DNA from: Alphaproteobacteria bacterium
GTDB taxonomy: Bacteria > Pseudomonadota > Alphaproteobacteria > UBA828
Direction: 5' to 3'
Length of the DNA stretch: 64,000 nt
Assembly: GCA_963667785.2 (NCBI GenBank)
Contig: CAXXMU010000002.1
Location: forward strand, 224,001 to 288,000
Shown here: piece after piece, positions 61,314-64,000 of the stretch
Position numbering within the stretch: position 1 is the first letter of the stretch
Layout of the letters: the number at the start of each line of letters is the position of its first letter
Made by a program: the position numbers and the translations under genes
The notes under the pieces: generated by a model
Seen by the model: only the letters and a program-made list of their open reading frames with translations
Told to the model about the DNA's origin: nothing
The model's database searches: none

Positions 61314-63374
61314 TCAGCCGCCGTCGCCGACGGAGACGTGGAAGTTGCCGTGCGCGTCCGCCTGCGCCCGCTGGCCCGCGAGCAACAGGATCGTCGTCGT
61401 GTCGCTGTCGATGAGCGCAGGGCCCGTCACCTCGGCGCCGGCCGGGGGCGCGTTGCCGTCGTGCACCGGGAGCGGCCGGAAGGCGCGTGCCTCGCCGAGC
61501 CAGACGCGGCGCGTGCCCCGCTCCGGCAGGCGCTCGCCCGCGGGCGTCGCGGCCAGTGCTGCGGTGCCGCCGCCGGCGCCGATGGCGCGGACGGTCCAGG
61601 TGGTGAACTCCACCTCGCCGTCGTCCTCCCGGATGGTGTGGATGCGCTCGTGCATGTCGTGAAAGGCGGCCGAGAGCAGGGGCACGTCGACCTCGCGCAA
61701 GGCGCCGACCGCCGGCTCGAAGGGCGCCTCAATCTCCCAGGACTGGTACTTGTAGCGGGCCTGGAAGGCGTATTCGTAGCGCCTCTCCGCCTCCGGCACG
61801 CCGGCACGCTCGAGGAAGTGCCGCGCCCGGCCATGCAGCGCCGCCAGCGTGCGGTTGACCGCGTCGAGTGCGAAGTGGCTGCTGCTGGTATGGAGCGTCG
61901 CGGTCTCCTCGCCGCGGATGTCGGTGACGAGGCCGCCGAAAGCGCTCAGGCCCGCGGCGACGCCCGGCACCATGAAGCGGCCGATGCCGAGCGCCCGGGC
62001 CATCTCGCCGATATGGCAGGCGGTGGCGCCCCCGCCCGCCACCAGGAAGCTCTCGCGCGGGTCGATGCCCTCGTTGACGGTGATGTCCTCGATGGCGGCG
62101 ATCATGTTCTCGTTGCCGGTGACGTGGATCGCATAGGCCGCCTCCGCCACCTCCAGATCGAGCGCGTCGGCCACCGTGGCGACGACCCGATGCGCGGCGT
62201 TGGCATCCAGCGGCAGGCGGCCGCCGAGGAAATAGGCGGGGTCGAGCAGGCCGAGCACCAGGTTGGCATCGGTGACGGTGGGCTGCGTGCCGCCGCGCCC
62301 GTAAGCCGCGGGGCCGGGATCGGCGCCGGCGCTCACCGGGCCGACCCGGAGCAACCCGCCCGAATCCACCCAGGCGATGCTGCCGCCACCGGCGCCCACC
62401 GAGCGCACGTCGATCTTCGGTAGGCCGAGCAGGTCGTTCCCGATCGGCGCCTCGGTAGTGCGGATCAGCGCGCGGGCGCGGATCGCGGAGACGTCGAAGG
62501 TGGTGCCGCCCATGTCGATGACGACGATGTCGGGCTCGTCCGAGAGGTCGAGCGCGGCGACGGGCGCGAGCGTCGGCCCGCTCATCACCGCGTGGATCGG
62601 GCGGGCGGCGATCTGGTCCACCGTCATCATCCCGCCCTGGCAGTTGGCGACGAGCAGGGTCCCGTCGAAGCCGGCCTCGCGCACCGCCCCTTCCAGCCGG
62701 CTCAGATAGGCGGGCACGATGCCGTGCAGCGAGGCGTCGATGGCGGTGGCGATGGTGCGGCGGTACTCGCGCGGGATCGGGTTGAGCGCATGGCTGAGGG
62801 TGACGGGCACCTCGGGCCAGAGCGCGTTCACGATCTCGCCGACGCGGCGCTCGTGCGCGGGCTCCACCACCGACCAGAGCAGGCTGACGGCGACGGCGTC
62901 CACCGGGCAGCGCCTGAAGTGATCGACCGCCGCGTGCACGTCGTCTTCGGCGAGAGGCGTGATCTCGTTGCCGCGCGCGTCGATCCGGCCGCGCACTTCG
63001 AAGGTGCGGTTGCGGGGAACGAAGGGCTTCGGATAGTCGAGCCGCCAGTCGAACGCGCGCTTGCGCGGCGCCTCCCGCAGGGTCAGCACATCCGGGTGGC
63101 CGGCTGTGCAGATCAGACCGACGGCGCCGGAGCGGCCCTCCACCAGCGCGTTCGTGGCGACGGTGGTGCCGTGCACGATGCGGCCGGTCGCGGCGAGGAA
63201 GACAGCGAGGTCGGCATCGAAGGCGCGGGCGGCGAGCGCCAGCGCGTCCATGAAGCCCCGCTCGAACGCGGGCGGCGTGGACGGCGCCTTGACCACCGCG
63301 AGCCTGGTCCCGTCCGAGACCACGCAGTCCGTGAAGGTCCCGCCGATGTCGATCGAGACCTGGTACCGGCTCAC
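61314..63374 (-). CDS. Hydantoinase A/oxoprolinase family protein (second copy)
   Basis: DIGGTFTD, HGTTVATN, SGP, DMGGTTFD, VGAGGGS, PTVTDA; GTG start. Confidence 0.88.
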   Translation of the reverse strand: MSRYQVSIDIGGTFTDCVVSDGTRLAVVKAPSTPPAFERGFMDALALAARAFDADLAVFLAATGRIVHGTTVATNALVEGRSGAVGLICTAGHPDVLTLREAPRKRAFDWRLDYPKPFVPRNRTFEVRGRIDARGNEITPLAEDDVHAAVDHFRRCPVDAVAVSLLWSVVEPAHERRVGEIVNALWPEVPVTLSHALNPIPREYRRTIATAIDASLHGIVPAYLSRLEGAVREAGFDGTLLVANCQGGMMTVDQIAARPIHAVMSGPTLAPVAALDLSDEPDIVVIDMGGTTFDVSAIRARALIRTTEAPIGNDLLGLPKIDVRSVGAGGGSIAWVDSGGLLRVGPVSAGADPGPAAYGRGGTQPTVTDANLVLGLLDPAYFLGGRLPLDANAAHRVVATVADALDLEVAEAAYAIHVTGNENMIAAIEDITVNEGIDPRESFLVAGGGATACHIGEMARALGIGRFMVPGVAAGLSAFGGLVTDIRGEETATLHTSSSHFALDAVNRTLAALHGRARHFLERAGVPEAERRYEYAFQARYKYQSWEIEAPFEPAVGALREVDVPLLSAAFHDMHERIHTIREDDGEVEFTTWTVRAIGAGGGTAALAATPAGERLPERGTRRVWLGEARAFRPLPVHDGNAPPAGAEVTGPALIDSDTTTILLLAGQRAQADAHGNFHVSVGDGG

Positions 63375-63600
63375 CCGCCCCCCGACGCCCGTTCCCCGAA
63401 GGCGCGCATCCTCGCAACGGGCGCACCGGCGGCGCAAGGGCCGGGCACGCGCGCCCCGGCGCTGCGCGGCGCGTTTCGCTGCGGGCGTGCGGGCTGTACG
63501 CAATCTGTCATATGCTTGTGTCGGCACAGCGGCCCAGGGCGTCTGCACATCAAGGGTGAGACAAGCGCTGGATCAACAAGGCGCGTACGGGGAGAGACTC

Positions 63601-64000
63601 ATGAAGTTGTTGGCGATGTGGGCTGCGGCCCTCGTCGTGGCCATGCTCTGGATCGTGGACGAGGCCGCGGCGGACGCCTACACGATCGACCCCGTCGACC
63701 GGGTGATGAAGGTGGTCAAGGGGGCGAACGTGCGCACCGGCCCCGGCATGGACCATCCCGTGCGCGTTGCCCTGGGCGCCGGCACCCTCGTGCGCGTGAC
63801 CGGCGACGTCGTCGGACGCAACTGGTTGCAGGTCGATCTGCGCGGGGACGGCATCGCCTCCTTCATGCACCAGTCGCTGCTGGAGGCGATGTCGGCGGCG
63901 GACTCGTCCACGCACTCCGGTTCCGGCTGGTCCGTCACCCAGAACCAGCCGTGCCGGGTGTGGAACGGCGGCAAGGGCGACAAGCATGACGGGTACACCT
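63601..64000 (+). CDS. Secreted SH3b-domain protein (partial, runs off the window)
   Basis: Not in the ORF track; reads MKLLAMWAAALVVAML..ANVRTGPG..VRVTG..NWLQV..NQPCRVWN with no stop; GGAGAG RBS. Confidence 0.75.
   Translation, partial: MKLLAMWAAALVVAMLWIVDEAAADAYTIDPVDRVMKVVKGANVRTGPGMDHPVRVALGAGTLVRVTGDVVGRNWLQVDLRGDGIASFMHQSLLEAMSAADSSTHSGSGWSVTQNQPCRVWNGGKGDKHDGYT

Overview
A 64 kb stretch of a very GC-rich (about 70% by eye) alphaproteobacterial chromosome, probably Rhodospirillales-like. The many PhyH, LLM, hydantoinase, amidohydrolase and SnoaL genes plus an SH3 protein resemble marine invertebrate or sponge symbionts (inference only). The left half is mostly housekeeping: parC 3' end, an outer-membrane beta-barrel, bioD-bioF, a HemL-like aminotransferase with pxpA, a DUF1538x2-PII-like-CBS operon, SDR-folB, mtnP, dienelactone hydrolase, ychF-pth-rplY-prs, lgt-midA-pgeF, hldD, a dxr-hpnC-hpnD operon, phhB and mfd-sdhE. 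The right half is catabolic or accessory: an EctD-like dioxygenase, a divergent SHMT paralogue, an LLM oxidoreductase and diaminopropionate ammonia-lyase (the best candidate for an undescribed pathway); amidohydrolase; GST; one low-GC foreign membrane-protein gene; two SnoaL paralogues; orphan yejA-like; frmA; betA-betI-choXWV; an Opp-type ABC system; two hydantoinase/oxoprolinase A/B pairs around a ThDP decarboxylase and a Gfo/Idh/MocA dehydrogenase; and a partial SH3 protein. I saw no rRNA, tRNA, CRISPR array or transposase. All calls come from motif recognition by eye; no database searches were run.
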